NCBI GenBank assembly: GCA_965287045.1
Contig: OZ336887.1
Location: 26,660,001-26,724,000, forward strand
Reading direction: 5' to 3'
DNA length: 64,000 nucleotides
DNA from: Carcharhinus amblyrhynchos
Taxonomy: Eukaryota
Positions 1 through 10,896 of this stretch are shown one piece after another. Numbering within the stretch: position 1 is the stretch's first letter; each line of letters opens with the position of its first letter. The notes beneath the pieces are model-generated. The model worked only from the letters and a program-made list of their open reading frames with translations. It did not search any database and was not told where the DNA came from. The translations under genes and the position numbers were made by a program.

Positions 1-800
1 ACCACCAACTGCTGTTTGTAAACAAACAGGATCACTTGATTTTAAGCACCCCACTGGTACAGGTGGCTAGCTTGACTGTGAAATTCCTCAGGCTCAACAG
101 TGGGACCTGTCCTGCAAGTAGCAGAGCAGAGTGTGTTGCAGAAACCTTGGTGTCCACCTCCATTTTTAATGGACATCCATTCACTATTAATACCACGGTT
201 ATTGAGGCCACTTTGCCCTCTGATGTGGTTTAATGTTAACACATTCCGTTCTGGTAAAAGGCACTCTCCCTTTCTGCGGACCAATGTTGACTTCTGTCTC
301 CTTCCTGAACTCAGCAGGCTCTGTTTGTTCTTCCATCTTTGCCTTAAGTGAGCTCTTCCATCATATCTGAAACACTGTACATCTCAATATCTACGCTTCT
401 CTGGGTAGAGATTTCCCCCACAACTAAAGCACTTGTTAAAATTCCGTGTCTAATTGTGATGAAGGATTTGACTCCAATTTTCTAGAGCCATAACCCTTCC
501 TTTCTCTCCCCAGGCACCCTCCAACCTAGTGCCATTGCTACCTGTGGCCTCTGTTTCAAACTGGGACTTCACCTCCGAGCATGCTTTGCAATTCTCGTGT
601 GCCTTTTTCTGCAATTTCCATGAGTAAGGCTATCTTCATAGCATTTTATAGATCAAGCTCAGACTCTGCAAGCAACTTCTTTTGGATTTCTGCATTATTT
701 ATCCCATCCCATAACACATCATTTAGGCATGTTTCAAATTTGCAAGAATTTGCCAGCTTCCTTAACCTTGCATTAGAATTCATCTGGGGCCCTCTATTTT
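1..800 (-). mobile_element. Decayed Gypsy/Ty3 LTR-retrotransposon gag + zinc knuckle + protease
   Basis: Minus-strand translation gives RLRKLANSCKFETCLNDVLWDGINNAEIQKKLLAESELDL*NAMKIALLME (gag), CFSCGG...CFRYDGRAHL (degenerate CCHC) and VNGCPLKMEVDTKVS (aspartyl protease DTG-like motif); contains stops. Confidence 0.8.
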
Positions 801-986
801 GACATAGATACGAGGATCGGCTGCTTTGCTCCGGGAGTTAGTCTGCTGACAAATTAGGAATCTTTTATAAAACAAACTTTATTTAATAACACAGCTTAAC
901 TCAAGCTCTAACAAATTAAACAGCTTGACTATTAACAGTTGAACAATATTTAAAAATGAAAGGAAACAATGTTTTAGTTCCAAATA

Positions 987-1097
987 CAGTAAGAAGTCTC
1001 ACAACACCAGGTTCAAGTCCAACTAGTTCACTCGAACCTGGTGTTGTGAGACTTCTTACTGTGTTTACCCCAGTCCAACGCTGGCATCTCTACATCA
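987..1097 (+). mobile_element. Miniature Penelope-like fold-back element with 13-bp TSD
   Basis: Perfect 28-bp inverted repeat (987-1014 / 1034-1061) plus a 36-nt unpaired tail; TTAGTTCCAAATA duplicated at 974-986 and 1098-1110. Confidence 0.8.
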
Positions 1098-1203
1098 TTA
1101 GTTCCAAATAAGCAACATTCCTCCTACAGACTTAAAAGCTACTTTAAATATAATTAGCAACCATAGATGTACTTGCTATAACGGGTATAGACAGTTTTGA
1201 AGC

Positions 1204-1206
<3 letters not shown>

Positions 1207-1238
<32 letters not shown>
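1207..1238. repeat. (GA)16 microsatellite
   Basis: Direct reading. Confidence 0.95.
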
Positions 1239-1243
<5 letters not shown>

Positions 1244-1483
1244 TTTCTGCAGCTCGCAGAAAATATGCCTTTAAGCAATTCCCAGCCAGAATTCAAAAGC
1301 TGTCTCTCTCTGCTACAGACTTAGCTCCTCCCATTAACCACATCATCACAAGACCCTGCATACCTAAACCCACCTTCCATTTCTTTAATCAAAACCCTAG
1401 GAGAAATCTCCACTATAAACAAAAATCCATTAGCTTTATCCAAAGTAAACACCAAATTGATAAAATGAGCAATTACCCTCTAT

Positions 1484-2077
1484 CATAAGAACATAAGAAA
1501 TAGGAGCAGGAGTAGGCCATCTAGCCCTTCGAGCCTGCCCCGCCATTCAATAAGATCATGGCTGATCTGTCGTGGCTCAGTTCCACATTCCCGCCCTCTC
1601 CCCATAACCCTTAATCCCCTCGCTTATCAAAAACCCATCAACCCGCATCTTAAAAATATTTAGCGAGGCAGCCTCCAGCACTTCAACTGGCAGAGAATTC
1701 CAGACATTCACCACCCTTTGAGTGAAGAAGTTCCTCCTCAACTCCGTTCTAAACCACCCCCCCTTTATCTTGAGGCTGTGCCCCCTAGTCCTACTGTCCT
1801 TTCTGAGCAGGAGGAGTCTCTCCACCTCTATCCTATCCATCCCATTCATCATCTTATACGTCTCAATGAGATCTCCCCTCATTCTTCTAAACTCTAACGA
1901 GTACAAGCCTAGTTTATTCAGCCTCTCCTCATAGCTCAACCCCCTCAACTCCGATATCAGCCTAGTAAACCTCCTCTGCACTCCCTCCAAGGCCAAAATA
2001 TCCTTGCATAAGTGCGGCGACCAAAACTGCACACAGTACTCCAGCTGCGGCCTCACCAATGCCCTATATAGCTGCAG
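1484..2077 (-). mobile_element. Young 5'-truncated CR1-type LINE 3' end (copy A)
   Basis: ORF2 C-terminus LYRALVRPQLEYCVQFWSP...RNFFTQRVVN, 3'UTR and (TTCTTATG)n tail; near-identical to copies B-D; possible imperfect TSD CTCTAT/CTGTAT. Confidence 0.92.
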
Positions 2078-3361
2078 CTGTATCCCAGCTAAATATTTTC
2101 CAGACATGCCTGAAGAATAGGCCTGAACCTGTAAACTGTCTCCTTAAACATAAATACATATGTATATATAGCAACAGCACACTGTCACAGTACAGAGAGA
2201 AATGAACAGGCCTCTACAAATCTGGGCTATAGACATTTATGGTCAATTGTCTATGATCATGACCCTATTGGAGAGCAGCCATCACAGAACAAACCAAGGA
2301 CAACTTACATTTATACATCTACTTTAACAGGGGAATATGCAGACAAAACAAACAACAAAGCGAAGGAAGAGTGACTAGGAGTGACCCAATACTTGGTCAA
2401 AGTTCTGGGGTAAAAGAGAGGGAAGTAAAGAAGATTTAGGGAGGGAAATCCAAAGCAGGAGAAACATCCCTCATCTGTAATGTCCAATAATCATCATGAA
2501 TGCTTGAGCAGCAACAGAGAAATTGAATGCAAAGGACTTAGACTGACACCTAGCTTCAGTTCAGCTTTATAGAAAATTCAGCCGAGATGTTGTTGGATTC
2601 AAGAGTTTAGCTAAAAGGAGATTGGCAAGGGAAGCTTATTTTCAGTTGAGTTCATAACACTAGGAATGGGGTGACAGGACCCTTTAGAATTGCGTGGAAT
2701 GTAGGAAGTAGGCCTTTCAGGGACATATGTCTGCATCATGTTCTGGAGCGTTAACTGTGTCTCGTGAGCCGAAGACCGATGACCAATATTTAAAACTCTG
2801 CAAAAGTGATCAGTGGTTGAGTGGCTGTTCATGCTGAGAGAGAGAGCAGTTTAGAGAAACTAGCTCATGAATAGCAAGAAGAGAAAGGAAGTGTAGAAAA
2901 TTCTGAGCTTTCCTGGGGCTGAACAATAGTTGTATGATTTTGGATAACAGAGCATAACTATAACAGCGATTCTCAGAAGGTTCGAAACATTGTTGTACAA
3001 CAATGAAACAAGATATGCAAGGCATGAAGAAAAAAGCTGCAAAGGAAAAGACAAAAGCAATGTATGAGAGCAAAGGATTGCATAGAGACAATGATGGCAT
3101 GTTTTGCAGTTCCAAACCAAACCCCATATGGCGTTTTGCCTTTCTTGCACCAAGGTGAGGAACATCATCCAGAGATTCAATAAATCTTTGGTGAGGAAGA
3201 ACAAAACAAATAATAAAGTTAATTATTTCTTGGAAACCACGTATTTGGTTTGTAGGAGCTAACTAACTCTACAGGCCAGTAACTAGTGGGAAAGATAGCG
3301 GAGCAAATATGCAGCATCTGTAATATTTTGCTTTTATTTTAATGTTAATAATTAAAGAATG

Positions 3362-3778
3362 CAAAACTTGCATTTGCATATGGCTTTACGTGACCACTGG
3401 ATTCCTTAAAACATTTTACAGCCAATGAAACATTTTTAAAGTGTAATGTGGGAAATTGCACACAGTACGCTCCCACAAACAGCAACATGTTGATGACCAC
3501 ATCATTTGCTTTTTGTGATGTTGTTTGAGGAATAAGTATTGGCTCGGAAACCAGGAAAAACATCTCTGCTCTTTCTCGATAAAGATATGGGATCTTTTAT
3601 ATCATTCTGAGGGCAAAAGGCATTTTGGTTTAATGTCTCATCTGAAAACTCAGAGTGCATCATTCTCTCAGCACTATTAGAATATCAGCTTTGACTTTTG
3701 CGTTCAGGTCCTGGAATGTGACCCAAACCCAGAACCTTTTCATTCAGAGACAAGAGTGCTTCCAACTGAGCCACTGTT
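3362..3778 (-). mobile_element. DeuSINE-like (SacSINE1-type) ancient SINE
   Basis: tRNA-like head (minus AGTGGCTCAGTTGGAAGCACTCTTG...TCTGAAT), Deu-domain-like centre and L2-like tail, recognised from memory; similar degraded copies at ~33150-33450, ~40300-40590 and ~54050-54300 (+). Confidence 0.65.
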
Positions 3779-3789
3779 GACAAAACGGT

Positions 3790-5285
3790 TCAAAAGCTAC
3801 AGAATAGTGATAATGAGGGGCTTTTGTTATCCTAACATACATGAGGATACTAAAAGTTAAAAGGACAGAGAGATGTGGGAAGAATTATTTGTCGTGTGTC
3901 CAAGGGAACTTTGTTGATCAATGTATTTCTGGCCCATATAGAAGGAGACATTCCTGGATCCCAGAATGGATGAGTCAAGTGGATCCAATTTCAATAGGCA
4001 AACATTTAGGAAACAGTGATCTTAAGAAATAAAAGCACAGAATAGTGGAAAAACTCAGCAAGTCTGGCAGCATCTGTGGAAAGAGAAACACAGTTTAACA
4101 TTGTAAGTTTGTATGACTCTTCTTCCGTTTCTCTCTCTCCACACATGTTGCCAGACCTGCTGAGTTTACCCATTTTCTGTTTTCTTTTCAGATTTGCAGC
4201 ATCTGCAATATTTTGCTTTTATTATAGCATCATAAGGTTTAGGTTAGCTATGAAAAAGGATAAGGAGTAATAATACCTAATTGGAAGCGAGCCAATTTCA
4301 GTGAAATGGATCGAGGCCAGGAAAATTAGAATCAAAGATTGGCAGACAAAACAACTAGAACAATGGGCTGCCTTTAAAGAGATGGTTCAGATGCACTCAA
4401 GAAATATTGTAATGAGAGAGAGAGGTAGGGCAACCAACTTCAGAAATACCTGGATATTAAAAGAAATGAAGAGGAAGATAAAATAGGAAAAAAAGGATAC
4501 ACATAACAGCTGTCAAGTTGATAATACAAGTGAGAGTCATGCTGAATGTAGAAGAGTCAGAGGAATGGAGAATTGCAAATGTTACACTTGTTCAAAACAA
4601 GGACAAGGGTAAATCCAGCTACAAGCCAGTCATTTAAACTCTAGTGGGATACCTTTTAGAACTAATAATCTGGACTAAATGAACTGTTAGTTGGATAATT
4701 GGGGATTATTAGGAAAAGCCAGCATAAGGGTAAATTGTATTTAACTAATTTGACTGAGTTTCCTGATGATGTAACAAAAGGAGTTGATTAGGCTAAAGTG
4801 GAGTAAATGAACTTCCCAAACTTTTACAAATTGCACAATAAGCTTGCCAGCTAAACTGAAGCTCATGGAATGAAACAAAGTGGCAGCTTGGATACAAAGT
4901 TTGCTGAGTGACAGGAAACAAAAGTTTGCCGATAATTACTATTTTTTTGTACTGGACAAATTTGTTACAAGATTCCCCAAGGGTTGGTACTGGAGCCTCT
5001 GCTGACCTGATGTTGGGTGTGCAGGGCAGAATTTCAGAATTTGCAGATGATAGAAAACAGGGACAGACTGCAAACTGATGAGGAGCACAATGGTAGACTT
5101 CAAGAAGACATAGACACATTGGTGGATCAGGTGGACATGTGGCAGATCAGACTGAATGCAGAGTGATATATCACAGTGGGAAGAATGAGAAGAGGCAATA
5201 TAAAGCAGAGACCTGGGTCTATACGTGCACTAATTGTTGAAGGTGGTAAGACAGGTTAGAAAATGGTAGTTTATAAAGGCAAGGG
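3790..5285 (+). mobile_element. Old fragmented CR1 LINE ORF2
   Basis: Degenerate motifs (HLGNSD, NVTL-FK, CLTNL-EF, FADD) in the correct order with many stops. Confidence 0.7.
4027..4223. mobile_element. Penelope-derived inverted-repeat element (second family), inserted in CR1
   Basis: AAACTCAGCAAGTCTGGCAGCATCTGTGGA ... TCCACACATGTTGCCAGACCTGCTGAGTTT imperfect inverted repeat with tail; relatives at ~5815-5930, ~25300-25400, ~30050-30140 and ~62540-62650. Confidence 0.6.
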
Positions 5286-5385
5286 GCCAAATGGGTAAAG
5301 AAAGTGACCAATCTGGGCTGAATTAGACAACAGACTGCTACAACCCGAATTGAGCAATATTTTCTAGAAAGACGCTTCATCTTAC

Positions 5386-5444
5386 CACATGTTCAACTGT
5401 GGCTGATCTCCTCATAATTATAGCACCCGAAAAATCTGGTCTTT
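5386..5444 (-). CDS. DRG2: DRG2 exon 11, 59 nt (TGS domain); exons 12-13 not found in window
   Basis: (E)RPDFSGAIIMRRSATVEHV; ACAG acceptor after an 85-nt intron, GTAAG donor. Confidence 0.95.
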
Positions 5445-5529
5445 CTGTTCAAAATAAAATTTGCATTAAGTTGTTCATGTGCACACAAATTTAAAACATG
5501 AGTTAATTCTGTGTTGAATCTTTTCCTAC

Positions 5530-5618
5530 CTCCTCTCTTTTTTGTGTAGATGCAGATTAACGCAAGATATTCCCAAAGCATTTCAAGCAGATAGTCCAAA
5601 TTCAGCTTCATTTCACAG
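5530..5618 (-). CDS. DRG2: DRG2 exon 10, 89 nt
   Basis: (S)CEMKLNLDYLLEMLWEYLALICIYTKKRG(E); CCTAG acceptor, GTAGG donor. Confidence 0.96.
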
Positions 5619-6204
5619 CTAGGGAGATGGACACATTAGATACAGATGACAAACATGCTGACAAGCTCAATAATTCAAAATCAGGTAAGCTGTCCTAGGG
5701 ATCTTGCTTCTCATCTACAAACTGACTAAGATACTGATAGTCACAGTGAACGGGCAAAAACGTGTTAGCATCACAGAATCGGAAGTGACGCAACAGGGAA
5801 ATCCAGGAAAATACGAAATTAAAAATAGGAAATTAAGTATCATACTGGATTAACACAGCAGGGCTGGCAACATCTATTAAGTGAGAAACAGAGTTAATGT
5901 TTCAGCATCATAGTATTTTGCATTTATTTAGATATCCCATTGGGAAAACCAAAACAGCAAATGAAATTTCATGCTATAAATAAGTATTTCACAAATGTCA
6001 AAAATATTGATGATTTAAGAACATAGGTACAAGAGTAGACCATGCAGCTGCTTAAATCTGTTCAGTCAGATCATAACTGATATCTTAACTCCATCTTCTT
6101 GCTTTGATTCCCTAGCCATTAATACTGTCGCCCAAGTCTATCAATCCCAGTTTTGAAATTTTTTAACTGATGTCAGCCACAACAGCTGTTTCAGAGTCAC
6201 AGTC

Positions 6205-6460
6205 AGATTTACAGCATTGAAACATTTGGCCCAGCTTGTCCATGCCACTTTTTTTTTTAAGACCCCAATTACTCACATTTGGCCCATATTCCTTTATACC
6301 TATCTTACCCATGTAACTGTCTAAATGCTTGTTAAAAAGACAAAATTGTACCTGCCTCTACTACTACCTCTGGCAGCTTGTTCCAGACACTCACTACCCT
6401 GTATGTGAAAAATTTGCCCCTCTGGACACGTTTGCATCTCTCCGCTCTCACCGTAAACCT
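6205..6460 (-). mobile_element. CR1-type LINE 3' fragment (nested among older CR1 pieces at 6020-6980)
   Basis: HRFTVRAER...GKFFTYRVVSVWNKLPEVVVEAG motif. Confidence 0.75.
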
Positions 6461-7099
6461 ATGCCGAGGAAACAAGATCCAAATATCCAGTAACCTTTGA
6501 AGGAAGATGCGTTTCATAACATCATCCCTGAACAATCTACCTCTAATTTCAAGGTTATGCCCCTTGTTCTGGCCTCCCTCAGCAGAGGAAATAGCTTGGA
6601 AAGAGAGAAGCTATCAACTGCTTTAATCATCTTAGACATCCTTGAGCATGGCAGACCCTAATGTTGCATATTCACAGGAATACAAACCTATCCTATGCAA
6701 ACTACCCTCAAAAATTCACCCTTTTAATACTGGGCATTCTGATGAATCACACTGCACTCCCTCCTATCCTTTCTGAGGTGCAGTACCCAAAACTGAATGC
6801 AGTACTCCAGATAGGACCAAACCAGAACTCTGCATCTCCTGCATAACCTCCATCCTTTTGCATTTCAGCCCCATTTTGACCTAAATATCTCTTCCCATTA
6901 CCCATTTTAATTAATTTTGTTCCTATCCACCAGCTTTGAGAAATTTCAGTATCTGGACCTCTAAACCTCTTCACAGTTCAACAGTACAAAGGGTGCAATT
7001 TAACAAGTAGGGGAAGACGGAAAGGGACTTGGGAATAATCTTGTTCAATGGCTAATGTGGTGAAGTAATTTAAAAAGACAATTAGATGTTAAATTGTGC

Positions 7100-7470
7100 A
7101 ATATTCAACGAGTATTAAATGAATCTTTTACTGCCACTTCTATAAATCGTCTCCACCACAAAACAGATCTTCCTCTCCTTGCATTCTGAAGAATGCAAGA
7201 CTCTAGTCCACTGTCCCATCGTCCCCTAATGCTGTCTTTCCTTAACCAGCACTTGCCTAGGCAAACATAGGCTTCCCTCTCAGGTCCTGAAACACTTCTT
7301 CGGTCATTTACACTTCCAAACTCATCAGGGGTTGCTCGTAATGCACTCTCTTGTTTGCTGGGGAGGCTAAACACAGATTAGGTGCTCGCTTTGTTGAACA
7401 TTCCTATCTCACCCACACACATGACTCTGAACTTCCAGTCACTTGTCACTTAATTCTCCATCCCATGTTC
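7100..7470 (+). mobile_element. Penelope-like element ORF remnant (GIY-YIG endonuclease)
   Basis: LFAGEAKHRLGARFVEH resembles the PLE GIY-YIG motif YIGETKRRLxxRFxEH; a related ORF-end fragment lies at ~30150-30370. Confidence 0.7.
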
Positions 7471-7964
7471 AGGATTCTGATCAGAGATCACACTATTTAC
7501 AGCATTCCTCATTTATTTGATTTCTTGTGTGTTTTGCTCTTTGTTTAAAGAAAGTGAAATATCAGTCAGACCCCCTCCCCCTCGCGCTGCTGCTCATTAC
7601 TACCTAGTGATTTCTGCTGAAGCAGATATGTTATACCTCATGGGCACAGGATTACAGTGGCTATCTCTACTCTCCGTCATCACCTAAGCTCACAATAAAA
7701 ATTGGCAATTTGGCATCAACAGATGAAAAGGACTCGTTGAAATACAGAATACAATAATTGAGCAAGGGCAAACGAGCGAGGGGATGACGATGATGACACA
7801 TTATGTAATTTCTTCCACCAGCCTTATGAGGCCTACCCATGCTCAGTGCTTTCATTTCATTCAGAAGCCTAGAAAATATGGGGTTTTAAATTTCTGCACA
7901 GAATGCAATATACATCTGAAACGAGGAAAAGATTTTATAGCACGACTATATTTAAAAAGCTTAC

Positions 7965-8041
7965 CTAATGACTACACTGTGCCGCTGCCGAGCCAATCGG
8001 TCCACCTCCTCCAAGGAGATCTGATCAATTTTATTATAAAC
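7965..8041 (-). CDS. DRG2: DRG2 exon 9, 77 nt
   Basis: VYNKIDQISLEEVDRLARQRHSVVI(S), G4 motif NKID; AAG acceptor, GTAAG donor. Confidence 0.96.
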
Positions 8042-9277
8042 CTTTTTTAAAGGCAAAACAAAAACAATAAAATACTAGGCATTAACAAACAAATCACAGC
8101 ACAAGCTACATAAAAAGCGTGGAGTCTTTTTTTCAGTATTCATTGTGTAATGGTACAAAAACTGTTTAGTCAGTATACAAGAATTCATTTTACAACTGCA
8201 CAGAACTTGCATAATTCTGCAGGATTGGAATTAAGTATTTATGAAATTTGAATAAAACATGCTTAAGTAGCATTTTGATTACTAAATTAGATATGGATAA
8301 ACAAAGCATCTTAACAAAATCTTCTCTCATCTATGGAATTCGCATCTTTCCAAAATAATCTTGCTGCTCCTTTCCTGGAGGTAGCAATACCTGCTGAGTT
8401 ATAGAAACCAGGCACATGTTCTATACCCTCCACACTCAATGTATTGGCAAGTAGTCACCATAGAGGGCATCACAGCTAGCCCGACCTTGTCCTTGCCCAA
8501 TACTTGTACATATCCATCTTTTAACAGAAAGATGGTGAGTGAGTAGCAGCTTAAGGTCATATTCGGGCTCTACTGCCACAATGAACATATGGTCGGCAAC
8601 AACTACTGCACAAACTCAATGGGCCAAAAATGCCAAGAACAGTAAAACATTAAAGATATCATCTAACACGTTTTTGTAACAGATGACTTTCTTTTCTGGT
8701 TGACGATAGTTTACAAACCAGTGACTATCCAGTGGTTTCACAATTGGCTCATAACTTACAGGTGTATTTTACTTTCTTGTTTCTGGTCAATTTTGGGGTA
8801 TCTTGCTTTGAAAAGGATCATGGCAGTTTAGAAGGTTCAAACAGCAACATGGATTCTACCATTCAAATCAGGCAGATTATTTTCATGATGGAAAGGGGAA
8901 AGGTATATCATCTAAGGCAGGGTTCACATGAATGAGGATATTTATCCTCCAGAGACCACAGTCCCCTTACATTGCTTTTCTCTATATTAAGTACATGTTC
9001 ACAGTTGCTTTGGGACATGCTCTGTAACTGGCCCCAAAATTCTACAACTGCAGTGAGTGAAGGGTTTGACCTCATTTCACATTCACAGAAGTATTTGGCC
9101 TCTGCTCCCTACCTCTTAACTCTGACAGATATATCTTCCGCAGAGGCATTGGAGCACCTTTTATCTTCAAAATCATTACTTTCCCATCACCTTCTTAGTT
9201 CACGTCAGTTGCTGAGCAGGTTAAAAAAAAGAGTACTACATTAAAAATCGTCCATCTAGCGACTGAGTCTAACTTAC

Positions 9278-9375
9278 ATAAAGACAAGGCATGTGCACAC
9301 GGTTTCCAACCACCACATCGATAAACTGATCAGGAGTTGCATCTTCCCTGAAGAGAACTTCTGCATTAAAGATTT
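9278..9375 (-). CDS. DRG2: DRG2 exon 8, 98 nt
   Basis: (K)[32 protein letters not shown]; preceded by TCCTTAATG...CCAG, GTAAGT donor. Confidence 0.96.
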
Positions 9376-10113
9376 CTGGGGTAAAATCATTAAGGATCAA
9401 AAAATAACCTTAATTATTCTAATTAATACTATAATGGAGCCAATTTTCAATTGTTGTTGCTCAGTTAGTGTTGGAAAACAGGACAGGCAGTTGAAAGAAA
9501 TCCTCTTTCCCTGGTCACCGTGAGATAAACTTCAGGCAAGCCTCTAAATGGAGAGCCACTGGTTCCACACGAACCATACAGAATCCTACATAAATACACA
9601 AACTGCAATACTATATTCACAAGAGCTACTGCTAATTCTTCCTCATGCATGTGGGGACTGAAGGAATAGTATAACCTGCAGCCAACCATTCTGTGACTCA
9701 CCCCCTGGAGTTCTTCCCCATAGATTGAAACTAACTCAGCAGACATGGGAAAACCGGCGAATATAGTATATTTGGACTTGCATTCAAGAAGGTGTCACAC
9801 AATAGATTATTATTAAAAAAAAAGACTCTTAATATATTATCAGGGGTGGAGGATTAGTTAATGGAAAGAAAATAGAATAATAAGTTGGGGGTGGGGGCAC
9901 AGACTACAAAAATGAGGGTTGGGCCTGAACTGTTTGCAAGTTATATCAACAGCCTGGATGAAGTGACCACTGTATCCAAATTTGCTGACAATACAAATGT
10001 AGAGAGAAAAATAAGTTATTAGGAAATGCAAACAGGCTGCAGAGTGATGTAGATAGGTTAAGTGACTGGCCAAGAACACTGATATTCTGAGGTACCTGGA
10101 TGTCCTTGTACAT

Positions 10114-10339
10114 GATGTGGAGATGCCAGCGTTGGACTGGGGTAAAACAGAAAGAAATCTCACAACACCAGCTTAAAGTCCATCAAGTTTATTTGTAGCA
10201 AACGCCCCAAGCTTTTGGAACACGTTGTTCCTTCATCCCAGCCACCTGACGAAGGAACAACGTGTTCCGAAAGCTTGGGGCTTTTGCTACAAATAAACTT
10301 GATGGACTTTAAGCTGGTGTTGTGAGATTTCTTTCTGTT
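10114..10339 (-). mobile_element. Penelope-like fold-back element with 9-bp TSD and 92-bp inverted repeat
   Basis: Arms 10146-10237 and 10248-10339 (3 mismatches), 10-nt loop, 32-nt tail homologous to that of the 987-1097 element; TSD CTTGTACAT at 10105-10113 and 10340-10348. Confidence 0.85.
10240..10282 (+). ncRNA. Minimal hammerhead-ribozyme motif
   Basis: AGCCAC-CTGACGA-A-GGAAC-AACGT-GTTCC-GAA-AGCT-T-GGGGCT: both core boxes, 5-bp stem II, palindromic AGCT in place of stem III, stem I with one mismatch. Confidence 0.6.
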
Positions 10340-10896
10340 CTTGTACATCTCAGAAGCTTAACGTGCTGGTACAGCAAACAATTAATAAAGCAAATGGTAT
10401 ACCAGCATTTATGACAAAGGAATAGGCGTATAAAAGTGGACAAATCTTATTGCAATTGTGTGAAGCCTTGATGAGACCACAGCTGAGTACTACACAATTC
10501 TGGCCTCCTTACTAAAGGAAGGATATATGAGTCTTGGACAGAGTGCAACAAAGGCTCAACAGGCCGATTCCTGGAATTAGGGGTTTGTCCTATTAGGAGA
10601 GATCGGCAAGGCCTATAATCCCCTAGAATTTATGGGAATGAAAAGAATGAGAGGTGATCTCATCAAATGTATACAATTCTTAAGGGATTTGATAAAATGG
10701 ATACTGGGGGGGATGGTCCCAAGGCTGTGAAGTCTAGAACTAGGAGTCAGCAATTTAGGTCTGAGATGTTGAGAAATTTCTTCATTCTCAGAGGGGTTGT
10801 CAAACATATTGAAGACTAAGATCGACATGTCTCAGATGTAAAGGGAAATAAAGGGTATGGGGATACTGTGGGAGGGTGCAGTTGAGGTTCATGATC

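Larger units (their letters stand above)
801..2176 (-). mobile_element. Putative LTR adjacent to the Gypsy remnant, interrupted by nested insertions
   Basis: Minus strand begins TGTTGC at 2176, has AATAAA near 883 and ends near TGTCA at ~801, next to gag. No PBS seen, so the boundaries are tentative. Confidence 0.45.
9740..10890 (+). mobile_element. Old CR1 LINE ORF2 3' half hosting younger insertions
   Basis: Degenerate SKFAD, KANG, LMRPQL, RMRGDLI and FFILRG motifs; 3'UTR resumes at 11236-11300 after a SINE insertion. Confidence 0.75.

Noticed and set aside
2640-2742. C/D-box snoRNA-like pattern (ATGATG...CTGA...CTGA) on the minus strand
   Set aside because: The C box is imperfect, with no terminal stem or recognisable guide; expected by chance.
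1-5385. DRG2 exons 12-13 (CHRIHR...ALVW; GTSTKYSPQRVG...)
   Set aside because: Searched by eye and not found; probably left of the window rather than lost.
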